DNA from: Balanoglossus misakiensis
Lineage: Eukaryota; Animalia; Hemichordata
Assembly: GCA_040954595.2 (NCBI GenBank)
Contig: CM082594.2
Coordinates: 8,377,573-8,441,572 of the forward strand
Reading direction: 5' to 3'
DNA: 64,000 nucleotides
Program-made: the position numbers and the translations under genes
Notes under the pieces: model-generated
What the model was told of the DNA's origin: nothing
The model's database searches: none
What the model saw: the letters and a program-made list of their open reading frames with translations, nothing else
Shown: piece after piece, positions 20,501-32,949 of the stretch
Position numbering within the stretch: the stretch's first letter is position 1
Layout of the letters: the number at the start of each line of letters is the position of its first letter

Positions 20501-23500
20501 ACAAATCCCGTGTCGGCGCTAATGGCAACACTTTGTTAGGAGGGCTAGACCAGATCAACAAGCGCTGTTTCCATGCAGGCTCTGCACAGCTAGTCTGACA
20601 GTTCGTGATTTTTGGCCGTGGATATATCCGCCGACGTCCAACGTGTTCGATTAGGCGCTAAACGAGCCCGCATTTGACCACTCAGCTACGCGGCTTCGCA
20701 GAGAAATACGCCAATGTTTCCTTTACGATCCTCGATTCTGAAGTTTGACAAGATTATTTGTATGTTAAAGTGGTTGATTCATAGTAGCCCTGACCAAGGG
20801 TTTCACACGCCATTGTCACTTTATTTTATTTGAACACGGTATAGTCTTTCCACTTAACTGCCGGGATTTAACAACTTTGCCGACTCCATCAATAAATCTG
20901 TGACGTACATCTTATACACGTAACCAATGCCTCCCGAAGCTTGCCTCGACGCCAAATGGCTTTCTAAGCGTACCAGTGCAGATTAGAAATAATACTGTAA
21001 GATCACACAAATATTTCAGAAGCAGATTTGGCGTTCTAAAGACTGTGATTAGCTGAACAAGTAGCCAGCTTTGCACTCGCCTTTCGTCTTATTTACACTA
21101 AGAGTAGTCTCCGACAAATCGCGATAATAAAGCCTAATTGTGCGCCCTAATCAGCGATATTTAATCGTTAGATTAACGTCCCACACTCACCTTACATGCC
21201 TAGCTGCAAAAATAAAGTCATTTGGTTAAATAACAAATTGAATTTTTGGCTCGATGTTAGCCAATAAAATACTAAAAAAAGAACCATCCTAAACAACCGT
21301 AACGTGTTAATATAACAGCGATTTTTTTCTCGCCTACATAAACACCTAAGTATGAATACAGTGGTATTCATTTATAAAGGAAATGAATATTTATAATTTC
21401 TCTTTCTGCAAATGTGCAACATATTTGAGCGTCATAATGCATAGGCGTTTATTGCGCGAGTTGGCAAAGAGATGGTGTCCCAGAAGAGGCTCATGGGCGT
21501 GACCTAAGGGCTATGTTGGCGCCATGACGTATTTCTCCGTCTGTGAGTCCCATTCAACTCTTAATCTAGCCTAATGTAATTTTGCTGGCTTTTCAAGCCA
21601 ATTTTCGGCTAATTTGATCCTTTTGGGGAGGGCACTTGTGGAGATTAAACCGCCATCCATTTAGACTGCGAAGACCATAGGGAGAACGCGTTAGACAGGG
21701 GGAGATTGCATCCATAGCAACGATATTTCCGCACCATTTGAAATAGTTCCGGTTTTCTTTGTTTTATTACATATTCCGATTTTCCTGATTTCGGTAAGAT
21801 ATTTTGGCGTTCGCCGTCGACTGTCTGTGTTGCATCGCACGCTTGCCGTCATAAAACGACAGACTCCTGTTCTGTATGTCTGAGCTCCATTAAAAACCCA
21901 TCCAGTCCAGCATATACCGTTTCCACAGTTTATCATATAAATCGCAGATTATTGTATTTTGATCATTGCATCCTGAACCCAGGAGATTTCATCTTTAAAT
22001 AGTAAGGCCATCACTTGGAAAATTGAAAATCTTTTTTTCCCCTCTAAAAGGCAAGTCCATCCCAACCGAAGATTAATGTTGAGTTGTCTTCTAGATTGTG
22101 ATCATATCTCTGCTGCGTTCCCAAGAGGACGCACCGCATCAATCGTCGTTGCGAAGAGAAAATTGTGCGCGGGGCTGCCTTTGCCGGGCGCCCAGAAACG
22201 AATCGGTCTGATCTCCAGACGCGGTGTGCAATATGTCCACTCAGGAATCTAAATTCACTCGTGTAGAAGCATTTTTCCTACTAGTTTAACTTACACGAGT
22301 CTAGTCAATGCATAGATGGAGTGCTAACATTCAGATGTCTTATAAGTTATTAGTAGGTAATTGACTTAAACAGCCCTGACTAAGAAACTCACTGAATCGC
22401 TGACTTTATAAATGAGAGTACATAATACAGTGTGTTCGCTGTGTAACCATGTGTAAGGGGGTCGGTGCAGTTGGCATAGATTTAGAGTAATTACAACGCG
22501 CAGTAGTAGCCAGCCCGTGTTGGCATCACTACAAACCGGTATAACCCGATCACATGCATACTCGACCGATAATATACCAGAATTTGTGAGGTGAAAAAAA
22601 ACGTAGACATGTCGACGACGCGGCTGTCAGTGACGTTCATATTAGCAGTCCCGGTCAGGAATGTAACTACAACGTCACATGACTTAAAACCGAGGCATTT
22701 TTCATCGCGAGCGTTTTCGATCGCTTTGACAACACCGGAAAACAATGTGGACCGGCACTTGGAGAGAATACGAGTATGAAGCGAGTACATTAAAACCAGT
22801 AGGAGACAAATTGGACGGCGGATATTTTGCTCAATTTCTAAGCTACTTAACGGATAATGGCACTCTAGACTGCTCGAATTCAATTCTATTAATGTCTTTA
22901 TAGCTCGTGATGACTTAACCGGCATATAGTGCATCTTCACTTAAACAAGTGATACGCTCGCCTTGAAGACAGCTATGGGAGCAAAAATCGGCGACCATGG
23001 GTATTTCTTTACACTTCTTTATTTACAAGTCAAAAGCCACGTTCGGTTCCAAGTTTTGACAGAACAGCAGTGTAAACATTTCCATCGGGGTCACGGTAGT
23101 GTCGACTGGATCGCAAAGAATTTTGATTTTTATTGTGTGTTTTTTGTGGGAGTTATTCTAGTTGCCAAGGTGTACATTGATAGCGAGGGAAGTACGTAAA
23201 CGTAGGCAGGGAAATGCGACGAACATCATCAACGGTGCGGTAGTGCACCGATTACCAAGCACTCAAAACGCAATATTCAGAACATCAAAAAATACGACGC
23301 AACGCTGATCCTTAAGCAGCGGTGACTACGAATGTGAAATATGGTTTCAATGAAATAATAAAAGGAGCGCCCGAGGGTTCCTATTCTCTGAGTTATTGTC
23401 CGTGAGTATTTTTACGACAACTGGGAAGGCACCGGAGGCAGAGAAAACATCATGTCATTGTTCTCTTGTGACTTTTAATACACCGTGTTATATTCAATTA

Positions 23501-26500
23501 TTATTTTAAACTCAGCCCGAGTTTGAGGGCCACGGACTGCGCGGAGAGTCCGTTTCAAACACGACCGTTACGTTTTCTCTGCGAAGTTAAGCTGTAAAAC
23601 ACGACGGGCGCGATCTCTTTTGAACGCGAAGGTATATTGTGGTGTTGGGCGGCGCGGGGTCAGTGCAGGGTCGGCCAAGAATATTGAATGTACCAATGAT
23701 TCAGTTCAAAGAGGGATTCAATAAAATTGAAAGGAACCGACGGAAAATGTGAAGCTCCACCCAGTAACTATAGAGACAATCTGGAAAGGAACATCTGTTC
23801 TGGGTTTTTGGGTTGTGTAGTGTATTCGAACAAATAATAGCAAGGTGATCTTGAAAGGGCCTTGTTGTATCTGGCTTATGCCAAACTAGTTACCTCTGAC
23901 TTCATTAGCCGCGGTTGCATTCACTTAGTACCAGCAATTAGATTACAGACTAAATAGATGTCGCGCAAACAAGCACCTTACATATTTAGAGAGGCCACCT
24001 CCCCTTATACACAAAGTTTTCTTTTCTTTAGTCGGTTCGACTTACACTCTTTGACAGTGTGGGGTCTTTATGAACGCTGTCTACATGGGTTGTATACAAA
24101 AATTCACCCATACAAGATTCATGATTCGGACTGCCGACAAAATGTGAAGAATAACTCCCGCCTAAAGTAGTAACTCTCGCGCTCCATTCCGCTTTCGCTC
24201 TAAAGTGGTCTGCAATTATATTTGATTCAACCGGATATGATCGTGAAAAGTGCAATCGTCACATGGTCGAACACAGACGTCGTTAAACTTTTGATGTATT
24301 TAGTTTTAAGAGTATAAAAAGAGAAAGGAGAAGCCATGATTTTTTTTTCGGGAGCGAAGATAGATTTCTGCGAGTTTGAAACCCGACACTCCGACAAATT
24401 CAACCCGAAAATTCGAGTGTGGTGTCATGCAGATAGGTGGAATACCCCCGGGTTTTGCCGATCTGTGCATTCAGGTGGCGCAATCAATGCACGGAGTAAC
24501 CCGATTCCAGAACAGTAATCGACTGGAAAAAGGAGTAAATCTGTGAAACCGTGAATGCAATATCTGGTGAATTTATCAGGGAAATGATAACCCTAGGCCT
24601 ACTACGTGCCGTCAGTTCAAATCACATGCAGACGACATCATGTTGCCAAAATGTCGGGGCCATTTCTAGTACCTCTGTCCCCACGTATCGTCCTTTTGGT
24701 TAGGCCATAGTAAGGAGTAGATGACTTGGCAGACAAAAACTTTCAAAATAATTCAGAATGAAAACGATGGAATAAAAATCCTCTGTATTTATTTGTAAAG
24801 ATTGTTATGACGGTGTTAGGCGTGTCTGCCATAGCATCAATGATTTCAAAGTTGACAATGTGGACATGTTCAGAAGCGTTGTATTCATGTATTCTTTTGT
24901 CTGTCCCTCTCAAATAAATTCATACCGCCCCGTACTCACTCTCCCATTTAAGCACTTTTGAATGAAGAAAATCATGTCATTTATAAAGCCATTTCTGATA
25001 ATTAGCAGCGTTTCTGTCTTCTCTGGACTATATTGTCGCCACGTTCCTTTTGTAAAAAATCAAACAACTCGCCGCAAAGCGAGGGAAACATCGAAAACAA
25101 ATATCAAACAGGAAAACATTTCATCTTTTTTTTTTCAATAAAAATTGTGTTCTATGTCGACATGTACAGAGAAAGAGCAAAGAGTTCATTCGAATTCGCC
25201 TTGTAGTACACACAGCTGATTTGTACGAAGGCAGGGACAAACATCCCAGCACAATTGTGTGAAATCAGCCACGCAGAAGACATGTTTTCTAATGGATTCT
25301 TGACTACACAGGCATGGCAGATCCGTGTAGAGTGCCAAAGAAAACCCCGCGACCCGGACCGCTTTGCCCCGCCATTTATCGTCTATTTAGCTTAGCATCA
25401 CTAATTCTCGTGTCCCGGTATACGTCACAATTATTACTTTTATGAGCAGTCCGTCTTTGATGCCAGTCCTTTGTCACTGAGCAGAATGGCCGATTTGTTT
25501 CGAATTTTCTGCCTGGATAACTTTAAAATACTCCATAGATTCTGTTTGCCTTTCTCTTGCCCCCTGTTTTCGTTGAAAATGAAAATATGCTCGCTTTATT
25601 GGGGTTTTGGAAACCAATTCATGTGTCCACGTCTGTGACAAGGGCAGATCTCGGTTTTATCCGAATATGGACCGCCCTCGTTCAACAGTAAATCGACAAC
25701 GGCAGCCATCCAAGAGAGGGGACCGAACACTCCCCTATAAGAACAAAGCTTTTGTCGCATTCGATGATGGCGTCAACAATCAAATTTATTTCTGTGCAAG
25801 AAAACTGTTATGTACTCCGAATTCAGGTGAAGCCATGAGTATTCGACAGAACGGTGAAGGTGTTTGACCGTGTAGTGTTTCACAATATCAATAATAACCG
25901 CTGAAACGACAGCTGGGGAAGATGAAACTAAAAGTATGGGCAATTAGAAATTGTCGATGGTGAGTGTAGAGAAAGGGGATTTTCACCTCTGGGATTAAAT
26001 CAAGTAGGGGAAATGCATCCGTAGAGATCGCCAATTCAAGGCGCAGTTGTTGGTCGCAGGAAATATCATTATTAATGGGAAATCTTGTTAACCATCATTT
26101 CGTGATGTTTATTCGGTGTTGCCTGTTATCGACTTCGCGTTCTCCGCTGCTTTATCTATTTCCGTCGTTTTCCCAGCGCTTTTTGGGTGCAAGCGTTTGA
26201 TAGCCTTGCGACGTTTGTGTTGTTCTCACTCACTGACTCACTCACTCACTCACTCACTCACTCACTCACTCACTCACTCACTCTACCCTCCCTCCCTCCC
26301 TCTCTCGCCCTCTTTCTCCCTTCTCTCATTCCACTGGCGCTGTTCATATTATTTCACATGCTTCAAGTTTGGAATGAGCCGAGTGTTTTCCATATGCTCA
26401 TCTGTTTTCCCCAACGAGACGTCGTCATATTACAGCATCCAACGTCTGGCCAATAATTGCCTGTGCTAAAGCAAAAACTGCTGTGCCGGCTCCAAGGCAG

Positions 26501-29500
26501 GTGCCGAACGTCGTTAAAAGTGTAATATGCATGTCGGATCATCGCGTTTGATTTGTAGCTTCGCGCACAAGGCCTGAAAATGTTGGTCCAAGCGTTTTAA
26601 TTTGCAAAGATCGCCGCCGTAACGATGTACCTACATACGGCGGGACAGCTATAGTTGCCAGCCGGCCGATTGATTCGGTTGTAAGATAGCGCGACGTACT
26701 TCCATGTTGGATTGGCCCCATAAAATGCGGGATGTCTGATTAAGGAGGCGCGGCACATCGAGACTGCGCGTCCATAAAAAGCCACTAAATCAGATAATCG
26801 GACGAGTTGTCATCCCGTCGACTTTACAGTGTGTAGACATCGAGTTCCTTGGCAATTTACATTTTGGTTTATTCTTCTTTGTAGTTGAGATTTGATTTCT
26901 TTGAATCACACATATTCCATGCCGTAGAACATGGAGATTTGAGTTGCGATAACCTTAACAGGAAAACCAAACTGACTCATCGGTGGTTGCCTGGATCGAA
27001 CTCATTTTCCGTCTCATGATGTGCGGCGTTTGTCAGAGAATGTTGCCGGAGAAATCAAAGATTAAACGATTCCGTCTTGAACGTTCGAGTGTTTAGATGG
27101 CCGGATAATGGTGATGTAACGGAGGAGAAGGCAAATTAGAATCAGAAACGGTCGTGGGGGGGGGGGGGGGGGAGTTCAGCCCGCGGCTAGTGATGACGCC
27201 GTCGCCCGCGGCAGATGTGAGTGTCTTCACCTGATCAGAAAGAGCCGCGGTATACAGTTTCACAGTCACCGCTCAAAGGTCAAATCATGTCATGTTTGTT
27301 TATTCGATTTTATTTTACAGTTACACTTAATTCACTGGAACAGCAGTACGTACAGCAGTATGGAGGAAGCACTGGGGAAACCGGACGGCATCGCGGTCAT
27401 AGCACTTTTTATCCAGGTACGGGGAATGAACGTCACGATTTGAATAATCATGGAAAGGCAGGATATGATTACCAGATATAGTTTTGACCTAATTTCTCCT
27501 ATTAATGGGGAAAGGAAGCTAAATATTGATTGCAATATGCTCTAAAGAGTGAAATCTGCAATGAACAAAAATGCCAAAAAAATATCTGAGGGAATTTGTC
27601 CTGAAAACTTAAGCATCAATATTAAAGCCTATCATTGTCATTATAGGTTGGTCGTGAGCACGAGGGACTCCGTATATTTACAGAACATTTGGAAGCGGTA
27701 CAATACAAGGTAGGTATACAGAGAGGGACCCTTTTCCTATCATCAACAATGGCAGCACATGGGTCTATAGATGCCTCTGGTCACCGTGTACTTTACACAT
27801 CAAGGGCGCATAGTTCCGCCCAAGATACGGTTGTTGGAAACGCGCGACACGATGATTGGTTTGCCGTATATAGGGCTGCATAAAGTGTACGTACGAATCG
27901 TGAACCAGAATAGTAAAAAGATATTGATGGTCAATCCGATCCTGCTAAAACTTGTTGTATAACACGCCACACAACTTCAACCGAACTGGAGTGCTTCTCG
28001 GGAGACAAATTTGTTATAAACGTTGTTTTTATTAAATTACCTCGTGGGATATTACTGACTTTTTATATCTTATTGTTTCTTAATGCAGGACAGAACAGTG
28101 ACCGTTACAACACCGTTCAATCCAAACTGTTTACTCCCAGGTGAGCATTTTGCACCAACAACTCATTTCAATGACATTAGCCTCTCCGGTCAATGTACAT
28201 CATTTAAGAATCACAGTCTATATTTTTGTTGGTTACTAGTTGCGTGAGTGAAATTGTCTTCGCCTGTTCTGCTCATATAATGTAATTAATCCGCTGATAC
28301 ACGCTCTAAAATGTCCAGTAACTCAAACAGAAGTACTAACTTTTCAATTGAAATAATTTGATAGTCATTAGAATAGGCAATAAGACAAAAGGAGCGAATA
28401 GAACGAAAGGCACAGAAACGAAACGGAAACAATTAACATTTTTTGAACATGATGAAGATGGAAATAGTGGCGACTGCCGATGAATGGGTGTATAATCGGG
28501 GACTAATTGCAGTGGCGGTTACAAAGACTTTTTTTGATCTAGAAACTCTTCACGTGAAATGCCTGTTTCGATGCATTCACAAACTTCGACCCAATTGTGC
28601 ACACCTGGTGGTGAAGTTTGGAAAAATCCCACACGGCATAGAAGACATCGAGGGGGATTAGACCTCCAATTATCATTGATTCAGGCTTTGCATGTTTTAT
28701 TGTCACCCCCCCCCCCCCGTGGTAAAGGGGCGACCACTTCAACTTGCGCTCGTGAGAATGAGAGTCCAACCCCAAATAAGAGAAAAAACTCATTTGCATT
28801 TCATGGCTCATTAGACGCAATGATGTTTAATCGAAATGACACTTATACGGGTCTTGATTGTGTTGCGCGCATCCCAAAGACAATGCTGGATTCATGCAAG
28901 TTTTACAAACAACGGCAGAGTTGACAAAATAGAGCGCTCTGTCCCATCTTTGTGGGAAATTCGCGGAGGGTAATCCTGACTGCAGTGGGTGTGTGGTTAA
29001 ATGTTACTATTGCAAGCCCTGTATACCCATTCGAACAATACCAGTGCCTTTAATTCTAAAAGTCATTATCCTGGGCGTACAGTACTTCTAATTTGACGGC
29101 TCTGGATTTGAGCCGCCGCTGACAATGCAACAAGAAAGCTGGTCTACTTCTGCCAAAGCTGCTTTCTGTGTCCCCTGAAAGTTCTGGCCCTTGAGACAAA
29201 TCTTGATGGTAATCGCGCAAAACTTAAATAAACTAGAATATCCTCCGAGAAGGGCCTCCGGTTGAGAGCGAGTCCACCTGCAGATGAAGATCTCGAAGAC
29301 TTGGTAGAATAGGAAAAGTTGGACCTAGCCAATGGTCACTTCTAACTTTTTTTATTTGGAAAGCGTTGGAAAGAAAGCAAGAAATACTTAAAAGACTACT
29401 CTGGTAATCTAGGGTTTAATACATGCTAATCAAAATAATCATAATTATAAGATTAGCCTCATTAAATTCTCAGTAATCTCCATCGCAATCTGACCCATCA

Positions 29501-32151
29501 GCATAATCACGGGTTGTGATATCATTCATTCTGGATAGGTGACTGAACTCTAGTGCTCTAAAAGGAGCGAGGATGTGCATGTATTTAGAAGTTCATGTCA
29601 CAGATAGGCTAAACTAATTCCCACGTCTTCGCCTTACTGTTCTTCGACAAGCCAACAAATTAATGCTAAAATGGGCCAACTGTCACTTATTTCGCACTGT
29701 CAAAAAAAATCCCCGTATATTCCCCTGTACGAGTCTTTAGAATACGGGCGATTTAAGAAGACGAATTTCAACCGCTCTGTCACGAAGTTTGACAAGTTCC
29801 AAATGTCAAGAAGGCTTTCTTTTCGAGATAACGCGATGCTATCCAAATGCATATCGGAGTCTCACGTCAACGACTGGCAGGAAAAATGTACAAGTGCGTG
29901 ACCCATTGACCTCTAAGTAGAGATTATGTCAGATGCTAAAATTGAACATATTTGCACCATCAGGATCACAGCACAACCTGGAAATCCCCGTTTCTTTCAC
30001 CTACTAAACCAGATCCTTTGAGTGTCTCAGATCTTTCTCTCAACCAGTGTTGAAAAGTACTGGTCTTATAGAACATTAGAGGTAAAGATTTGCCGGTGTC
30101 AATGTTTGCAACTCATTTTGCTCGGTTGGTTGACTCGAGACGTTTTGATGAACTCAAAAAGTCGTCGTGTTACACAATTATACAATCATATGTAATCTTA
30201 GAGACCTGCAATATGCAGCGATTCTATTTTATCTTAAAAGAAACCGCAGCATCCAGTGAAAAACACACATCTGAACTTCGTAAAGAACTTGTCGTCGTGG
30301 TGTAAGTACAGCTGCGTATCTGTTTCGGCAACTCTCCAAACCAGACGGCGATCAATTGAACGTCTTCAAACGCCAGAATACAAACTTTGTTGAAAACACC
30401 AGAAAACACTCAAGGCCGCGAAGGGACCACAACAAAGTTCTTGGGAACATATCGACTTTCTGATTAGTCAGTCAGTCACGGTTGAGTGGCCAGTACTCAC
30501 AATTAGGGACCGCATCTTCCGGGTGTTCCCGCCCTTTTAAATTTGTAACCGTCATCACCTCAACAGTCGCTATAATTGAGATTTATGAAGTGTCAATAGG
30601 CAGCTTTAATTGTGCCTGCAGTTTCTCAAACTGGAAAAAGGACAGAGAGTTGTTTGAGGGTACAGACAGGTACATTCAAATTCTTAATAATGATGCCATT
30701 AGACTAAATGGAACTGGGAGAAAGGTGATGTTACAAAAGAAACATTTAAGTATGATAGAAACCATATACCTCTTGAGCAAAACTGTCTTGTCACCTGTGT
30801 ATCGTCGGAAAACAAAAAAATTGCAGGGTAGCACCGCATTTCAGGAGGGCTTAATAAGAAGTAGACACTTGATTGTACTGAGAAAAAATGTGCCTTGCAA
30901 TTCAGAGGCAAGTTAATTAGGCAAGTGACGACGTAACATGGGTATATCTTCAGATGGCGGGATGATTCGCATGTCTTGGGGTAGTCAGGTTTATCATCGG
31001 GGAAACTCTTTGCAGACACTTGAGTGAGGAATCTTAGACATTCCGTAAGTGATCGCAGACGTCACCCTGAATGGATCGAGTCTGGTTGGGAAACATCTGA
31101 GGTATAACAGACCCAAGATATTTAAATTGAGCGGCTACTAAGCATGACGAGGCACCAACTTGTGGGAAAAAAGTATCACAAGTTTCTTGAAGGTCCGAGG
31201 ATTTTTCTCTGAATGCCGTCAAAGAAGGAAATGTGTTATGAAAGAAGAGAATCGCCAAGTGTAAAAGAACATTTTGTCGAAAACAGATTTCAGATCAGAG
31301 AAATTATCATTGCATCGACTAAAATTAAGACTTTATAAGCTAGAACCTTGAAAATTGTTGACTTTGTAGGCTGTATAACGTAAGAACCACGATTTTTCGG
31401 CAAGAACCATGATTTTTCGGTAACCACGGCTATGCATGAAACTGCCTATCTAAGAACCTTGATGATATGAGAGAGCTATAGAGCGGTAATTGTAAATTTT
31501 TAATGAGAAATTATCATTGTTTTCTCTTAATTTTTTTTTCTTAGACCCTGCACTGCGAGACTTTTGGACATACGGCGGTTCGCTGACGACTCCGCCATGC
31601 TGTGAGAAGGTCACGTGGATCCTTTTCCGGTACCCACTAACGATATCACATTCACAGGTATGTCATGTTTATCATTTTGATGCTTGGTACGCGCTTGAAA
31701 ATATCCTAATAGAAAGTGTATTGATAGGTAAAACACGTTTTACCACTGTTTGTTTCCAAATCCAGTTAGAACGAGTTCTTTTGCCATATTTGAACTTGAA
31801 GCCAAGTTCTATTTGCGACGTACGGTTCTATAAATTATTAAAGATCACAGATAGTCTCGCATTTCAATGTATATGCATACTTTGCTGATATATCCAGACA
31901 GCGTGACGCTGTCATAGGGGAGTAGAGCAGAAATTGGGGTTCATATACTGCACCAAAACACTGAAAAACATGGCAAAATGTTACAGCCGCTGTCCCTGTG
32001 TTAATTTGATTGGTAGATGGAAGAATTTCGGCGCCTGCGCACACATCACAAGGGGGAAACTCTAGCACACGGCGAAGATGGAATATTGGCGGATAACTTC
32101 CGGCCAACCCAGCCTCTCAACGAGAGAGTGATACGAGCGTCCTTTTTGTAG
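14558..32151 (+). CDS. CA8: Carbonic anhydrase-related protein VIII (acatalytic alpha-CA), 275 aa
   Basis: Exons are 14558..14606, 16094..16288, 18585..18709, 27321..27416, 27647..27709, 28089..28140, 31545..31657 and 32017..32151 (828 nt, open frame). Motifs: [99 protein letters not shown]. The Zn ligand His94 is replaced by Arg as in vertebrate CA8. AATAAA lies at 32912 and 32927. Confidence 0.96.
26226..26283. repeat. (CACT)n tetranucleotide microsatellite followed by a C/T-rich tract, in CA8 intron 3
   Basis: About 14 directly visible CACT units with one G substitution. It causes the SLTH-repeat ORFs. Confidence 0.95.
30463..31260 (-). mobile_element. Decayed, 5'-truncated non-LTR retrotransposon (RTE-like RT fragment) in CA8 intron 6
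   Basis: Minus-strand translation gives [11 protein letters not shown]...QFKYLGSVI (the LINE RT FKYLG motif), then in another frame [15 protein letters not shown] (like the RTE 'KLKIY...V...L' segment). It ends in a short (TGAC)3 tail at ~30478..30465. Confidence 0.45.
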
Positions 32152-32949
32152 TGAGCGATTGAAGACGAAATGCCAGGCGTCGACTCGATACAGTCGTCCC
32201 CTGTCATTGCCGCGTTGTAATGCCGCCAAAGAGTTTTGAAATACTGAGCTGTTCTAGGACTTGGATTTCATGCAGGACTGATCGATCTTAGCATTTTCAC
32301 AATTGAAGATCTTTTTGCTGTTGACATAGTAAGGAGTCGTTTTCAAACTCCCAATATCACACTATCACAAACCCTGACAGGGTTCTCTGTACGTGTACAT
32401 AACCTTTATCTGTAATTCTTCATATTCTTTTAGATTTTCTGACCCCTTGTTGTATTGAATCCCAGGTGTAATACATTTCCCACCAATGGAATCCCACCCA
32501 ATTAACAACCTGAAACACTTCATTCATTTCTTATCAGCAGAAGCTGTGAATGTAACGCATCATTTGTTGGTAGTAATAGTTTTATAAATTATGACTACCA
32601 CAACACACTTAGAAGAAGGGAAACTTAATCTTCAGATACACTTAACGCACCTAAATCGTCAGTTTGTGGGGGTTCTAGGCCTCTGGTCGATATGTAGTAT
32701 ACGAGGCTAGGCCAATAGTGGATAATACTAACAGGTACAAGTACATGTATTAGCACAGTTACAAAATGGATAAATAGTATCATTTATAGTTTATTATATG
32801 TCTTATTAAATCTTTATTCTAGTACATGTATAGTCAAATCCCTCCGCTGAGAGAACTATATCCACTGCCTTTTGTATCGATTTACAGAGATTGTTTACAC
32901 ACTCACTTCACAATAAAAGTCGTTGCAATAAAACTATAATGGTGTCTTC

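Noticed and set aside
22491-22940. 149-aa minus-strand ORF in CA8 intron 3 as a nested gene
   Set aside because: No recognisable motifs or supporting splice structure; its length is compatible with chance.
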